A DNA stretch of 64,000 nucleotides, from assembly GCA_050252455.1 (NCBI GenBank), contig JBFWKW010000001.1, forward strand, positions 161,151 to 225,150. Direction: 5' to 3'. How positions within the stretch are numbered: the stretch's first letter is position 1; every line of letters begins with the position of its first letter. This DNA comes from Campylobacterales bacterium (GTDB lineage: Bacteria > Campylobacterota > Campylobacteria > Campylobacterales > UBA6016). Positions 48,498 to 58,166 of the stretch are shown here, one piece after another. The notes beneath the pieces were generated by a model. That model worked only from the letters and a program-made list of their open reading frames with translations, was not told the DNA's origin and ran no database searches. The position numbers and the translations under genes are program-made.

Positions 48498-49322
48498 ATG
48501 AACTTTACACAAATGATAGGCATAGGCGTAGCCGGGAACTTCACGGGGCATTTGGAGCAAGCGGGGGAGAGTGCGGATTTTGTTGGGGTTGTGACGGCTG
48601 AGGAGGATGCGCCAAAGGGGATATTTCCTTTTTATCTGCCGCTCCATCCGTCGAGTCATCTAGCCGTCTATCCGCTCTCCTCCCATGAAATAAGCATGCC
48701 AAACGAGCATGACAATCTCCAAGCAGAGCCGGAAGTGGCGGTGGTGTGCGATATAGTCTATGACGACGGCAAGGTGGCGGCGCTAAAGCCGAGGTTTTTT
48801 GGGGCCTACAATGACTGCTCAATCCGCAGAGAAGGCGCTCGCAAAATCAGCGACAAGAAAAATTGGGGTGCAAACTCCAAAGGGATAGCCAAAAAACTTA
48901 TCAAAGTAGATAGCTTCCAAAAAGGTGGGATGATGGACGAATACCGCATCGCCTGCTACCTCAAAAGAGACGGCAAGCTACACGCATACGGGATAGACTC
49001 CGCCGTGTCTTCATATAGCTATTTTCACGGCAAACTGCTTGAGTGGATAGTGGATAGGATAAACAACCAACAAGACGGCGGTCCGCTTGAAAATGTGGGC
49101 GAGTTAATCCGTGAGTGCGGATATCCAAATGAGATGATAATAAGCATAGGGGCCACGAGATACACGGAGTTTGGCGAGAGCGGTTATCTGCAAAAAAATG
49201 ATGAAGTCTATACCGTACTATATCCGTCCGAAGTGTATGGCGAAGACGAAATAAGGGAGATGGTGACGCAAGGCAACACGGAAGCTGACGGTTTATCCGT
49301 TTTGCACCAGATAGTTAGATAA
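48498..49322 (+). CDS. hypothetical enzyme, distantly FAH (fumarylacetoacetate hydrolase)-fold-like
   Basis: IGIGVAGNFTGHLEQAG resembles the GxNYxxH..E block of FAH-family proteins (a weak, by-eye match). ATG 48498 lies 7 nt after AAAGG; the track TTG is at 48480. Confidence 0.55.
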   Translation: MNFTQMIGIGVAGNFTGHLEQAGESADFVGVVTAEEDAPKGIFPFYLPLHPSSHLAVYPLSSHEISMPNEHDNLQAEPEVAVVCDIVYDDGKVAALKPRFFGAYNDCSIRREGARKISDKKNWGANSKGIAKKLIKVDSFQKGGMMDEYRIACYLKRDGKLHAYGIDSAVSSYSYFHGKLLEWIVDRINNQQDGGPLENVGELIRECGYPNEMIISIGATRYTEFGESGYLQKNDEVYTVLYPSEVYGEDEIREMVTQGNTEADGLSVLHQIVR

Positions 49323-49378
49323 ATATTCCCTGCTTTTTGGTTACAATCTAAGAGATAGATTTTTTGCCGGAGTGCAAA

Positions 49379-51133
49379 ATGAGTGAAAATAAAAGTATCA
49401 GATACGGCGATTTTCTAAAAGAAGTCAGCGTAAACCATGTCCATCTAAGCTACAACGATTTGGCTCCGAAAGAGGGGGCAAAACCGCAGCAAAAAATAAA
49501 ACTCCGCTCCATAGATATATACCGACTTTTGACGCCGTACGTTTCGGTTCGTTTTTTTGAGCAACTAAAAGCGGTTGCGCCGCTCGCTTTGTATATGGTG
49601 CTTTTCCAGATATTTATACTCAGGCAACCGGTCGCAGACGCCGCTATTATCGGTATCGGGCTTGGAGCGGTGATTGTCGGGTTGATGTTTTTTATGGAGG
49701 GGCTCAAGCAGGGACTTATGCCTTTTGGCGAATCCATAGGAAACACGCTTCCAAAAAAAGTCGGATTGACGACGGTATTGCTGATAGCTTTTTTGCTCGG
49801 CATAGGGGTGACTTTTGCGGAGCCTGCTATCGGTGCGCTAAAAGCGGCGGGCTCACTCGTCAAACCAGAAAAAGCCCCGTATCTATACGCACTCCTTAAT
49901 GACTATTCCGGGGCGCTTGTGCTGTGCGTGGGTGTCGGCGTCGGTGTTGCTGCCGTAGTCGGTACGATGCGCTTTTTGTACGGCTGGGGGCTAAAACCGC
50001 TTATTTATATGACCGTTATCCCGTCTCTTGCGATGAGTGCGTACTTCAACATGAATGAGTATTTGGCTCCAATACTCGGTCTTGCTTGGGATTGCGGAGG
50101 GGTGACGACGGGGCCCGTGACCGTGCCGCTGGTGCTTGCACTTGGCATAGGGATAGCCTCTGCGGCAGGCAAGGGGGACTCCTCGCTCTCAGGCTTTGGT
50201 ATCGTGACGCTCGCATCCGTGTTTCCGGTTATGGCGGTAATGTTTCTGGGGCTTTATGTGTACTTTAGCGTAACCCCGCAAGAGATAGTAGCCGCCGCAG
50301 CTACAACGGCTATTGCAGCGGGACATATCGCAAAACCGTGGTATTCTACAAGTCCTTATGAAGAGATGGTACTGGGTGTTCGGGCTATCGTTCCGCTCGT
50401 TATTTTCTTGATGCTCATAATGAAAGTATTGCTCAAAGAAAAAATCAAAAATGCAGGGACAATCACGTACGGCATAGTGCTTGCCGTGCTTGGCATGATG
50501 ATATTCAATGTCGGGCTTACATATGGGCTTTCAAAGCTTGGAGGACAGTCCGGCTCACTCATCCCCGCCGCATTTCATACGATAGAGACCCAAAACGGCG
50601 TGCTGGAGGCTCTTTATCCTTATTTTGCCGGGATTACTGCGGCAATATTTTTTGCTTTTGTGCTGGGCTTTGGGGCTACTCTGGCGGAGCCCGCTCTCAA
50701 CGCTCTTGGGCTAACGGTGCAAAACCTAACAAACGGCGTTTTCAAAAAATCGGCTCTTATGTATTCCGTATCCGTCGGTGTTGCACTGGGTATTACGGTT
50801 GGGGTGCTCAAAATAATCTACGAAATCCCGCTCACATATCTACTGCTCCCATCTTATGCCGTTGGGCTCGCTCTTACGTATTTCTCTACCGAGGAGTTTG
50901 TCAATATAGCGTGGGATAGTGCAGGGGTGACTACGGGACCTATCACTGTTCCGCTCGTGCTTGCCATGGGATTGGGGTTTGGCAACGCGTTAAATGCGGT
51001 GGATGGGTTTGGGATATTGGCGATGGCTTCGATATGTCCGATAATCGCCGTGCTTGCGATGGGTATTTATGCGAGGTTTAGCGCCGGAGAGTTTTCGGCA
51101 GAACCAGAGACTATAACGGCGGAGGGTAAATAG
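49379..51133 (+). CDS. polytopic membrane protein, internal duplication of a DUF1538-like unit
   Basis: WDCGGVTTGPVTVPLVLALGIG in the first half and WDSAGVTTGPITVPLVLAMGLG in the second, with many TM segments. ATG lies 6 nt after GGAG. Confidence 0.8.
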   Translation: MSENKSIRYGDFLKEVSVNHVHLSYNDLAPKEGAKPQQKIKLRSIDIYRLLTPYVSVRFFEQLKAVAPLALYMVLFQIFILRQPVADAAIIGIGLGAVIVGLMFFMEGLKQGLMPFGESIGNTLPKKVGLTTVLLIAFLLGIGVTFAEPAIGALKAAGSLVKPEKAPYLYALLNDYSGALVLCVGVGVGVAAVVGTMRFLYGWGLKPLIYMTVIPSLAMSAYFNMNEYLAPILGLAWDCGGVTTGPVTVPLVLALGIGIASAAGKGDSSLSGFGIVTLASVFPVMAVMFLGLYVYFSVTPQEIVAAAATTAIAAGHIAKPWYSTSPYEEMVLGVRAIVPLVIFLMLIMKVLLKEKIKNAGTITYGIVLAVLGMMIFNVGLTYGLSKLGGQSGSLIPAAFHTIETQNGVLEALYPYFAGITAAIFFAFVLGFGATLAEPALNALGLTVQNLTNGVFKKSALMYSVSVGVALGITVGVLKIIYEIPLTYLLLPSYAVGLALTYFSTEEFVNIAWDSAGVTTGPITVPLVLAMGLGFGNALNAVDGFGILAMASICPIIAVLAMGIYARFSAGEFSAEPETITAEGK

Positions 51134-51511
51134 ATGATACAAGGCAAGCGACAGGTTACGATTTTGACCGACCTTGAGCTAATCACCTGCATAGTCCAAA
51201 AAGGCTTTGCCGATGAGATAGTCAAGGCGGCTTATGAGGCGGGGGCGCAAGGGGCTACGGTCAACTACGCTCACGGCTCGGGTGTCAGAGAGAAGCTAGG
51301 AATATTCGGTGTTGCGGTAGAGGCGGAAAAAGAGATAATCCAGATAGTCGTAGCCAGCGAGCAAGTCAACCGCGTATTTGACGCTATGTATTTGGCGGGC
51401 AAGCTCGATACTCCGGGAATGGGGTTTATGTATGTGACCAAACTGCAAAAAGCCGCGACATATATACCGCAAGAGGTATTGGAAAAAATAGAGGCAAAAA
51501 ACCGTGTATAG
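51134..51511 (+). CDS. PII-like signal-transduction protein (divergent)
   Basis: 125 aa. LITCIVQKGFADEIVKAAYEAGAQGATV...EIIQIVV...GMGFMYV follows the GlnB beta-alpha-beta pattern, but with a short T-loop lacking the Tyr51 context. ATG abuts the upstream stop. Confidence 0.7.
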   Translation: MIQGKRQVTILTDLELITCIVQKGFADEIVKAAYEAGAQGATVNYAHGSGVREKLGIFGVAVEAEKEIIQIVVASEQVNRVFDAMYLAGKLDTPGMGFMYVTKLQKAATYIPQEVLEKIEAKNRV

Positions 51512-51812
51512 TCATAAAAAAATGAGCCTTATTACCGCAATACTCCCTATGTCTACGACTATGCCGATTATTAGAGAGCTGCATGCCATGGGGATATATA
51601 CCGCCAACAAAAGTACGGCAAGGGGCAGCAGTAGCACAAGCCAAAGGCACGACGTAGAGATGGAAGTGATGACCGTGCTTGTGGAAGAGGCAAAAGCCGA
51701 TGAGGTGTTCGGGCTTGTTTATGAGCGCGGCGGATTAGACAAGCCTAGCCACGGGATGATATTTCAATCCGCCGTGTCGTTAGCCAGCGAGTACACTCTT
51801 CCAAGTGAGTAG
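51504..51812 (+). CDS. second PII-like protein (more divergent)
   Basis: 102 aa. LITAILPMSTTMPIIRELHAMGIYTA...MTVLVEEAKADEVF...GMIFQSAV. GTG start lies 9 nt after GAGG and overlaps the upstream stop. Confidence 0.6.
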   Translation: MYSHKKMSLITAILPMSTTMPIIRELHAMGIYTANKSTARGSSSTSQRHDVEMEVMTVLVEEAKADEVFGLVYERGGLDKPSHGMIFQSAVSLASEYTLPSE

Positions 51813-52262
51813 TTTAACTTCATATCTCACACTGGCATAAGCCGGAGATGGCGAGGGCAAAAGGGAAGTCGGCAACCCTATATGTCCAAAATGCTTTTTG
51901 TAAAGCGTCTGAGCGGTGCGCCCCGTAAAAAATATCCGCTTTATGGCAGGGTAGCCACGAAGAAGCTCTTCTATATCGTTTGGGATAGCTTTTTTTAGGT
52001 TTGAATCAGCCGAATTTGTCCGCTCGCATGAGGCTATCACATCCCAAAGGGCGATTTTTGCCTTTTGCAGTAGCTCTATCCTCTGTTCTTTCGAATCGGA
52101 TGGCACGCCGTATATCTGGGACAATATCTTCCAAAACTGATTTTTCGGGTGGGCGTAATAAAACTGCTCTTCAAATGATTTTAAAGACGGAAAACTTCCC
52201 AAAATTAGGGTCTCGCTATCCTCAAAGACAATGGGTGCAAGGGGGTGAAAAACTCTATTCAT
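51780..52262 (-). CDS. DNA-deoxyinosine (hypoxanthine) glycosylase, UDG superfamily
   Basis: 160 aa. LILGSFPSLKSFEEQFYYAHPKNQFW motif. Confidence 0.7.
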   Translation of the reverse strand: MNRVFHPLAPIVFEDSETLILGSFPSLKSFEEQFYYAHPKNQFWKILSQIYGVPSDSKEQRIELLQKAKIALWDVIASCERTNSADSNLKKAIPNDIEELLRGYPAIKRIFFTGRTAQTLYKKHFGHIGLPTSLLPSPSPAYASVRYEVKLLTWKSVLAG

Positions 52263-52286
52263 AAGAGTAAGTATATAATTGCCGCC

Positions 52287-52844
52287 ATGAATTTAGAAAT
52301 ATTATTAATAGCCGTAGGGCTTGCAATGGACGCCGCAGCCGTATCCATGGCGATAGGCGCTAGACATAAAAATATAGGTCGTGCCGCTATTTTAAAGCCG
52401 TCGGCTATGTTTGGTTTTTTTCAGGGGTTGATGCCGCTTATCGGCTTTGTCGTGGCTTTGTCGTTTGCCGGCATGGTAGAGGCGTATGACCACTATATCT
52501 CATTTGTAATATTGGCCGCTCTTGGCGGTAAGATGATATATGAGGGATTTGGCGAGGATGACGAACAAAAAGAGGTCGGGCTTGGGTTTCGGCTCCTCAT
52601 TGTACTTGCTATTGCAACAAGTATAGATGCGCTTGCCGTAGGCGTTACGTTGGCGTTTTTGGAGCAAAATATATTTTTGTCGGCTTTTGTTATTGCCGTT
52701 GTGACTTTCGCTATATCTGCCGCCTCGGTCGTCATCGGACACAAGATAGGGGAGAGGCTTGAGAGTAAAGCCGAGATATTCGGCGGAGCCGTTCTTATTT
52801 TGATCGGCTCAAAAATACTGCTGGAGCACCTCGGGATTATTTGA
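52287..52844 (+). CDS. mntP: manganese efflux pump MntP
   Basis: MNLEILLIAVGLAMDAAAVSM and a second ATSIDALAVG repeat. 185 aa. The track GTG at 52245 is rejected because its RBS abuts the codon. Confidence 0.85.
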   Translation: MNLEILLIAVGLAMDAAAVSMAIGARHKNIGRAAILKPSAMFGFFQGLMPLIGFVVALSFAGMVEAYDHYISFVILAALGGKMIYEGFGEDDEQKEVGLGFRLLIVLAIATSIDALAVGVTLAFLEQNIFLSAFVIAVVTFAISAASVVIGHKIGERLESKAEIFGGAVLILIGSKILLEHLGII

Positions 52845-53193
52845 GGGTTGCCACAAATGAAGCTATCTCTTCTTTGTCCGCTTCGCTAAGCGTTGCAAAA
52901 TCGGCTCTTAGCTGTACCCCCTCACCGAATATCCCCTCTTTGTGGGATTTGATTTTTGAGAGTGCGGCCTCTTTTGTTAGCCCTGTGATTTTCGGGTAGC
53001 CGCCGCTTCCTTCCCCTTTTATTCCATGGCACATTGCACATTTAGCACCGTATAGTATCTGCGATTTTTCGGCTTTTTTTGCCGCGTCAGCCGCCTGAGG
53101 CTCCATGTACGAGAACACCACCTTGTCCACAAAAACAAGAAACGGCAGAAAAATAATTATTGCTACTATAAGTTTGTAATGTCTTTTGAGCAC
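52837..53193 (-). CDS. membrane-anchored monoheme cytochrome c
   Basis: N-terminal TM LIVAIIIFLPFLVFV and a single CAMCHG site. GTG start directly after the purT stop. Confidence 0.75.
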   Translation of the reverse strand: MLKRHYKLIVAIIIFLPFLVFVDKVVFSYMEPQAADAAKKAEKSQILYGAKCAMCHGIKGEGSGGYPKITGLTKEAALSKIKSHKEGIFGEGVQLRADFATLSEADKEEIASFVATLK

Positions 53194-54360
53194 TTATTTT
53201 TCCGTTATTTTTTCTACTAGCTTCGCCGCTTTATCTTTTGCAGTTTCTGCATTTTCATCTGCCACAAGCACGACTGCCATTCTACGTCCCACGTGACTTT
53301 CAGGTTTGCCGAATATTCTTACCTCTGAGCTCTCGGTAAATAGTTCATTTGGAACGTCAAATTTCGGCTCGTGTGATTCGCCTTTGGCTTTGTATGCCGC
53401 GCTCGCTCCAGGAGTCAAAAATCTATGGGCAAGAGGCAGCCCAAGTACCGCTCTTAGATGCAGAGCAAACTCGGTTACGCTTTGTGTTATCATCGTTACC
53501 ATGCCCGTATCGTGCGGTCTAGGGCTCACTTCGCTGAAATACACTTCATCTCCTGCGACAAACAGCTCAACGCCGAATATCCCTCTGCCGCCTAGCCCGT
53601 CCGTCACCGTCTTTGCTATATGTTTTGCCTTCTCTAGTGCGCTCTCGCTCATCGCCATCGGCTGCCATGAGTAGATATAATCACCGTCTTTTTGGATATG
53701 CCCTATCGGCTCACAAAATACCGTCTCATTTTCAGTTCTGGCGGTTAGAAGCGTGATTTCATAGTCAAAACGGATAAATTCCTCGACTATTATCTCGCTA
53801 GCATCTCCTCTCGCCTCTTTGGCGTGTTCAAAGCACTTTGAGACCTCCTCCGGCGCACGACAAACACTTTGTCCATGACCCGAACTACTCATAACGGGCT
53901 TGATGACGCATGGATACCCCATCTCATCCGCCGCAGCTTTTAGCTCTTCTTCAGTTTTTGCGAACTTAAACCCGCTTGTTTTTAGTCCCAGTTCCACCGC
54001 CGCAAACTCTCGTATCCCCTTGCGGTTCATAGTTAGGCTCACCGCTTTTGCGTTCGGGATTACGTGAAATCCCTCTTTTTCGGCGTCAAAAAGCGCATCG
54101 ATGTTGATTGCCTCGACTTCGGGTAGGATATATGTCGGATTTTCCGCCCTTATGACGCGAAGCAGCTCCTCTTTGTTTTTCATATCTATCGCATACGCTT
54201 TTGTAGCGACTAGCTGTGCGGGGGCATTCTCGTATTTGTCGACCGCTACGACTTCACATCCAAGACGCAAAGCTTCGATAGCCACCTCGCGACCTAGCTC
54301 GCCCGAGCCTAGCAGCATTATTTTGATAGAACCGCTTTTAAAAGGTGTCGTAAAAACCAT
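53194..54360 (-). CDS. purT: formate-dependent phosphoribosylglycinamide formyltransferase
   Basis: 388 aa. [16 protein letters not shown] and the ATP-grasp blocks typical of PurT. Confidence 0.92.
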   Translation of the reverse strand: MVFTTPFKSGSIKIMLLGSGELGREVAIEALRLGCEVVAVDKYENAPAQLVATKAYAIDMKNKEELLRVIRAENPTYILPEVEAINIDALFDAEKEGFHVIPNAKAVSLTMNRKGIREFAAVELGLKTSGFKFAKTEEELKAAADEMGYPCVIKPVMSSSGHGQSVCRAPEEVSKCFEHAKEARGDASEIIVEEFIRFDYEITLLTARTENETVFCEPIGHIQKDGDYIYSWQPMAMSESALEKAKHIAKTVTDGLGGRGIFGVELFVAGDEVYFSEVSPRPHDTGMVTMITQSVTEFALHLRAVLGLPLAHRFLTPGASAAYKAKGESHEPKFDVPNELFTESSEVRIFGKPESHVGRRMAVVLVADENAETAKDKAAKLVEKITEK

Positions 54361-54490
54361 TTTTTCCCTTTTGAAAAATTTGTTTGTATTTTAGCTATTT
54401 CGTACAAAAAATATTTTTTAGGAAATTTTACTATTAAATAAGATTTCTTTTTGTAAACTGAAAAATATCAATCAAAAAAGGAGCTTGACG

Positions 54491-55000
54491 ATGGGATCAT
54501 TCGGTAGAAGTATCGTAAAAGGAAATGTTGAAGAGATAGTAGCTTTGCTAAATAGGGCTTACGCCGATGAGTGGCTCGCTCATTATCAATACTGGGTAGG
54601 CTCAAAAGTCGTAAAAGGAATTATGAAAGAGGCGGTAATAGCCGAGCTGGTACAACATGCGGCAGATGAGCTACGACACGCTACGATGGTAGCGGATAGA
54701 ATAATACAGCTTGGCGGAACGCCGCTACTTCACCCGAAAGATTGGCTGACAAATACGATATGCGGCTATGATGCTCCGGAAAATCCGCAAGTGCTTGAGG
54801 TACTAGCCCAAAATATCAAAGGTGAGCAGTGTGCCATAAGCGTGTATGAGAGACTTGCCGAGCTGACAAAAGACAAAGACATAGTCACGTTCAATATTGC
54901 CAATCAGATAATGGCGGATGAGGTGCTACACGAAGAGGAGCTTCAAGCGCTTCAAGAAGATATACAAGGCTTTATCGATAGCTTCAAAGGGAAGGTGTGA
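54491..55000 (+). CDS. ferritin-like di-iron protein (Dps-like/bacterioferritin-like)
   Basis: EWLAHYQYW, ADELRH and DEVLHEEE (two ExxH motifs). ATG lies 7 nt after AAGGAG. Confidence 0.7.
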   Translation: MGSFGRSIVKGNVEEIVALLNRAYADEWLAHYQYWVGSKVVKGIMKEAVIAELVQHAADELRHATMVADRIIQLGGTPLLHPKDWLTNTICGYDAPENPQVLEVLAQNIKGEQCAISVYERLAELTKDKDIVTFNIANQIMADEVLHEEELQALQEDIQGFIDSFKGKV

Positions 55001-55422
55001 GAAAACTTCTCCTTCTCCCTTTTCTGTTGGCTCCCCTTTTTGCCGCAGAGCCGACAGCTGACGCTATAGAGGCCGTCAAAAAAGGTGACGCAAAAGCCGT
55101 TGCCTATTTGGTTAAGACAAAAGAAGAGGCAAATGCGGCTCTGCCAAACGGTAAAAATCTCCTTATGCTCTCCGTCTGGGAGGGCAAAAAAGATGTTGCG
55201 TTGTATCTCATATCAAAGGGAGCCGACGTCAATGCGGCGGACAAGGACGGGAAGACGCCGCTGATGCTTGCCGTGTGGCGTGAAAATCTGGAACTTGCAA
55301 AACTACTGGTCTCAAAAGGGGCTGATTATAAAGTCAAAAACAAAGAGGGGCTTGGGGTGGCCGAAATCGCAGAGCTGACGGGCGACGGCGACCTGATAGA
55401 TTATATAAACTCTCTAAAATAG
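54997..55422 (+). CDS. secreted ankyrin-repeat protein
   Basis: Signal peptide MRKLLLLPFLLAPLFA. Repeats of G.TPLM.A......LA..L...GAD. GTGA overlap with the ferritin-like gene. Confidence 0.8.
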   Translation: MRKLLLLPFLLAPLFAAEPTADAIEAVKKGDAKAVAYLVKTKEEANAALPNGKNLLMLSVWEGKKDVALYLISKGADVNAADKDGKTPLMLAVWRENLELAKLLVSKGADYKVKNKEGLGVAEIAELTGDGDLIDYINSLK

Positions 55423-58059
55423 TTATTCTTCGGGCGTAAATTCGGCTAGTTCAATGCTAAATTCCGCTCCGCTTTCACCGTTGGCTGCGCTTAGCTTGCC
55501 ACCCATCTTTTTTTCTATGATTGTTTTGCTAAGAGAGAGTCCTATGCCGGTTCCGTGCTCCCCTTTGGTACTGAAATAAGGCTCAAACAGCTTGTTGCTA
55601 GATAGTATCTGCTCATCTATGCCGCCTGCGTTATCGGATATTTTTATCAGCACGTTTTCGTTTTGTCTGGATGCCTCTATATGAATCATTTTTTGCTTTA
55701 TATCTTTGCTTGCAAGGGCATCTTTGGCGTTGTTGACGATATTTAGAATTACCTGCTTAAATTCGCTTTCAAAGCCTGATATCATTATGTCATCATCTAC
55801 ATTCACGCTTAAGGCTATGCCCTCTTTGTCGAGTTGTTTTTTTATGATAGAGATAACGGCATTTACGGCCCTTTTGAGCGTAAAAACAGTTTTTGAAGTC
55901 GACGGTTTGTAAAAACTTCTAAAATCCTCGATTGTTTGGTTCATAAAAGATACTTGCTCACCGGCATCTTTTTTGAATTTTTCCATCGATTCCTTCGTCA
56001 AATCGCCAAAATCATACCCCATTTTTACATCTTGAATCATTAGCCAAATGGCGTTAAGCGGCTGTTTCCATTGATGCGCTATGGCCCCTATCATTGCACC
56101 CATTTCGGCAAGCTTGTTTTGCTGGATGATAAACGCCTGAGCCGCCTCCCTCTCCCGTTGGAGCTTTTTTAGCTCTGTGATATCTTTCCACGTACACAAA
56201 ATAACATCTTGTTCATGCCATACCATAGGAGCTAGCATTACTTCCATCAGTTTTTGAGCGTCATATTTGGTGATGTATGTCCATTCGTAATATTGGGTTT
56301 GTCCTCTCATTACTTGCTCAAAAAACATCTTGGAGGCATTTTCGCTAAACAATCCGTATTCCGGCTGTATATCCGGCGAAATATCCGCATTGGTTTTCCC
56401 TCTTAGCTCGTCCGCACCGTAGCCCAGCATTTTTGCCGCCGCCGGATTACACTCCAAGAATTCCCCCTTGGAGGATATAATAATCATCCCCTCGGGACTT
56501 TTTTCAAAGACGGTTCCGAATGTTTTTTCGCTTTCTACCCTTTTTGACATTTCAGATTGCGCTTTTTGTTCTAGCTGTCCGTTGAGTATTCTAAGGCTCT
56601 CTTCTAGCTTGATTCTATCGGTTATATCTCTAAAGACGGTTACGGAACCTATGAGTACACCGTCCTCCCAAAGAGGAGAGGCGATAATATCGGCAGCAAA
56701 AATATCGCCGTTTTTCCTTGCAAAATAGTCTATCCCCGCGTATTTTTCACCTTTTTTTATGGCGTTGTATATCGGGCAATCTTTGATATCCATATTGCCG
56801 TTTTTGCCGTGATGATGAAACAGATAGTGAGATGCCTGCCCCATGCACTCATCGCCTGAAAAGCCAAGAATGGACTGTGCGGATTTGTTGATATATTCTA
56901 TTTTTCCTTCGGCGTCAAGGATGTATAGTCCCTCGCCCATTGTTTGCGTCACCGTCGCAAGCTTGTTTTTTACGGCGTTCATTTTTTTGCGTATATAGCT
57001 TATCCATAATAGCGCCACAAATAGTGCAAGTAAGACAAACGAGAAGTATACGGCCTGACGCAGTAGGCTCTCCTCTATCGAGTCAAGTTCGGGAGCTTTG
57101 ACAAAAGACAATAAAAGCGAAGTGTATTTACTTTCGGTATCGGCAATAGGGATAATCGTAGCTACATATTTTACCCCCTCATCTTCCATGGCGTACGATG
57201 TGGCGACACCTCGTTCTATTGAGTCTTTAGCGTCTTGGTTTGTGCCCAGAGAATTGATTAGCCGTTGCGTGTGAGAGGAAATACCTTTTTCTTTGTTTTG
57301 GTGTTTGGCCGTATTTTCTATTATCCACTTGCCGCCAAGATTTACCGTTATGTACGAGATTTTATTTTTATCAAATAGCTTTGGGAGCGCCTGTTCGCTT
57401 TTTACCGCCAATACGTATTCGTTTTCTTCGTATAGCTTTGCGAGTTCCTCTTTTAGCGCGTCAAACGGCTGTCCTATGTCTACGCTGCCGACGTGCTTGC
57501 CGTTGTACTCGATAGGAAATACGTTTCTAAACGATAGGGCTATCTTTCCGCTTTCAAAACCGAAAACAGCCTTATTGTACTTATTTGCGGCAACTATTGA
57601 CGGTCTTGTTGCATTGAGTGAATCACCGTATAGTTCGGGGGAGTGAAATCTCAAAAAAGAGTTGTTTTGCTTATCTTGGAAGTGAAATTGTCTGACGTTT
57701 TTTGTCCATAGTTTGTAATAGACCGGCAAAAGGAGCTTGTATAATGCGGCTCTAGCCTCCGATTTCTCTTGCTCGTTGCCGTAGTTTGAGACATCTAGCA
57801 GTCGACCGACTTCCGGTTTTTGGACGTGGGTATCGAAGTATGCCGTAATGCCTATGCCGTTCATGTTTGAGATGGTATCCCAGGCTACCCTCTGTCTCTC
57901 CGTCTGCCTCTCGAGAAATATACGTATGTGCTCATTTTTGTCGAGGAGCATATATGAATAGCCCACAATCCACATGGCTACGACAAAAAACAAAGATGCA
58001 AAAAACAAAGGGAGCGAAATATATCGCTTATCTAGTGTAGGCAGGCTAGGAATTCTCAT
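55423..58059 (-). CDS. sensor histidine kinase: large extracytoplasmic domain, 2 PAS domains, HisKA, HATPase
   Basis: 878 aa. Two TM segments flank about 300 aa. PAS-like MGEGLYILDAEGKIEYIN. H-box IAHQWKQPLNAI. GTGIGLSL G2 box. Confidence 0.85.
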   Translation of the reverse strand: MRIPSLPTLDKRYISLPLFFASLFFVVAMWIVGYSYMLLDKNEHIRIFLERQTERQRVAWDTISNMNGIGITAYFDTHVQKPEVGRLLDVSNYGNEQEKSEARAALYKLLLPVYYKLWTKNVRQFHFQDKQNNSFLRFHSPELYGDSLNATRPSIVAANKYNKAVFGFESGKIALSFRNVFPIEYNGKHVGSVDIGQPFDALKEELAKLYEENEYVLAVKSEQALPKLFDKNKISYITVNLGGKWIIENTAKHQNKEKGISSHTQRLINSLGTNQDAKDSIERGVATSYAMEDEGVKYVATIIPIADTESKYTSLLLSFVKAPELDSIEESLLRQAVYFSFVLLALFVALLWISYIRKKMNAVKNKLATVTQTMGEGLYILDAEGKIEYINKSAQSILGFSGDECMGQASHYLFHHHGKNGNMDIKDCPIYNAIKKGEKYAGIDYFARKNGDIFAADIIASPLWEDGVLIGSVTVFRDITDRIKLEESLRILNGQLEQKAQSEMSKRVESEKTFGTVFEKSPEGMIIISSKGEFLECNPAAAKMLGYGADELRGKTNADISPDIQPEYGLFSENASKMFFEQVMRGQTQYYEWTYITKYDAQKLMEVMLAPMVWHEQDVILCTWKDITELKKLQREREAAQAFIIQQNKLAEMGAMIGAIAHQWKQPLNAIWLMIQDVKMGYDFGDLTKESMEKFKKDAGEQVSFMNQTIEDFRSFYKPSTSKTVFTLKRAVNAVISIIKKQLDKEGIALSVNVDDDIMISGFESEFKQVILNIVNNAKDALASKDIKQKMIHIEASRQNENVLIKISDNAGGIDEQILSSNKLFEPYFSTKGEHGTGIGLSLSKTIIEKKMGGKLSAANGESGAEFSIELAEFTPEE

Positions 58060-58166
58060 AAAATATCCGCATATAATTATTATTTATTATACTGGATAGT
58101 TTATTTGGCTAGGCGCAACGGTATGGAATAAGTTGCTAAAATAACAAAAAACTTTTCGGGAAGACG

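Noticed and set aside
58124-58137. Sigma54-like TGGAATAAGTTGCT upstream of the nuclease gene
   Set aside because: The GG-to-GC spacing is 8 nt, not the obligatory 10, so it is not a functional RpoN promoter by that criterion.
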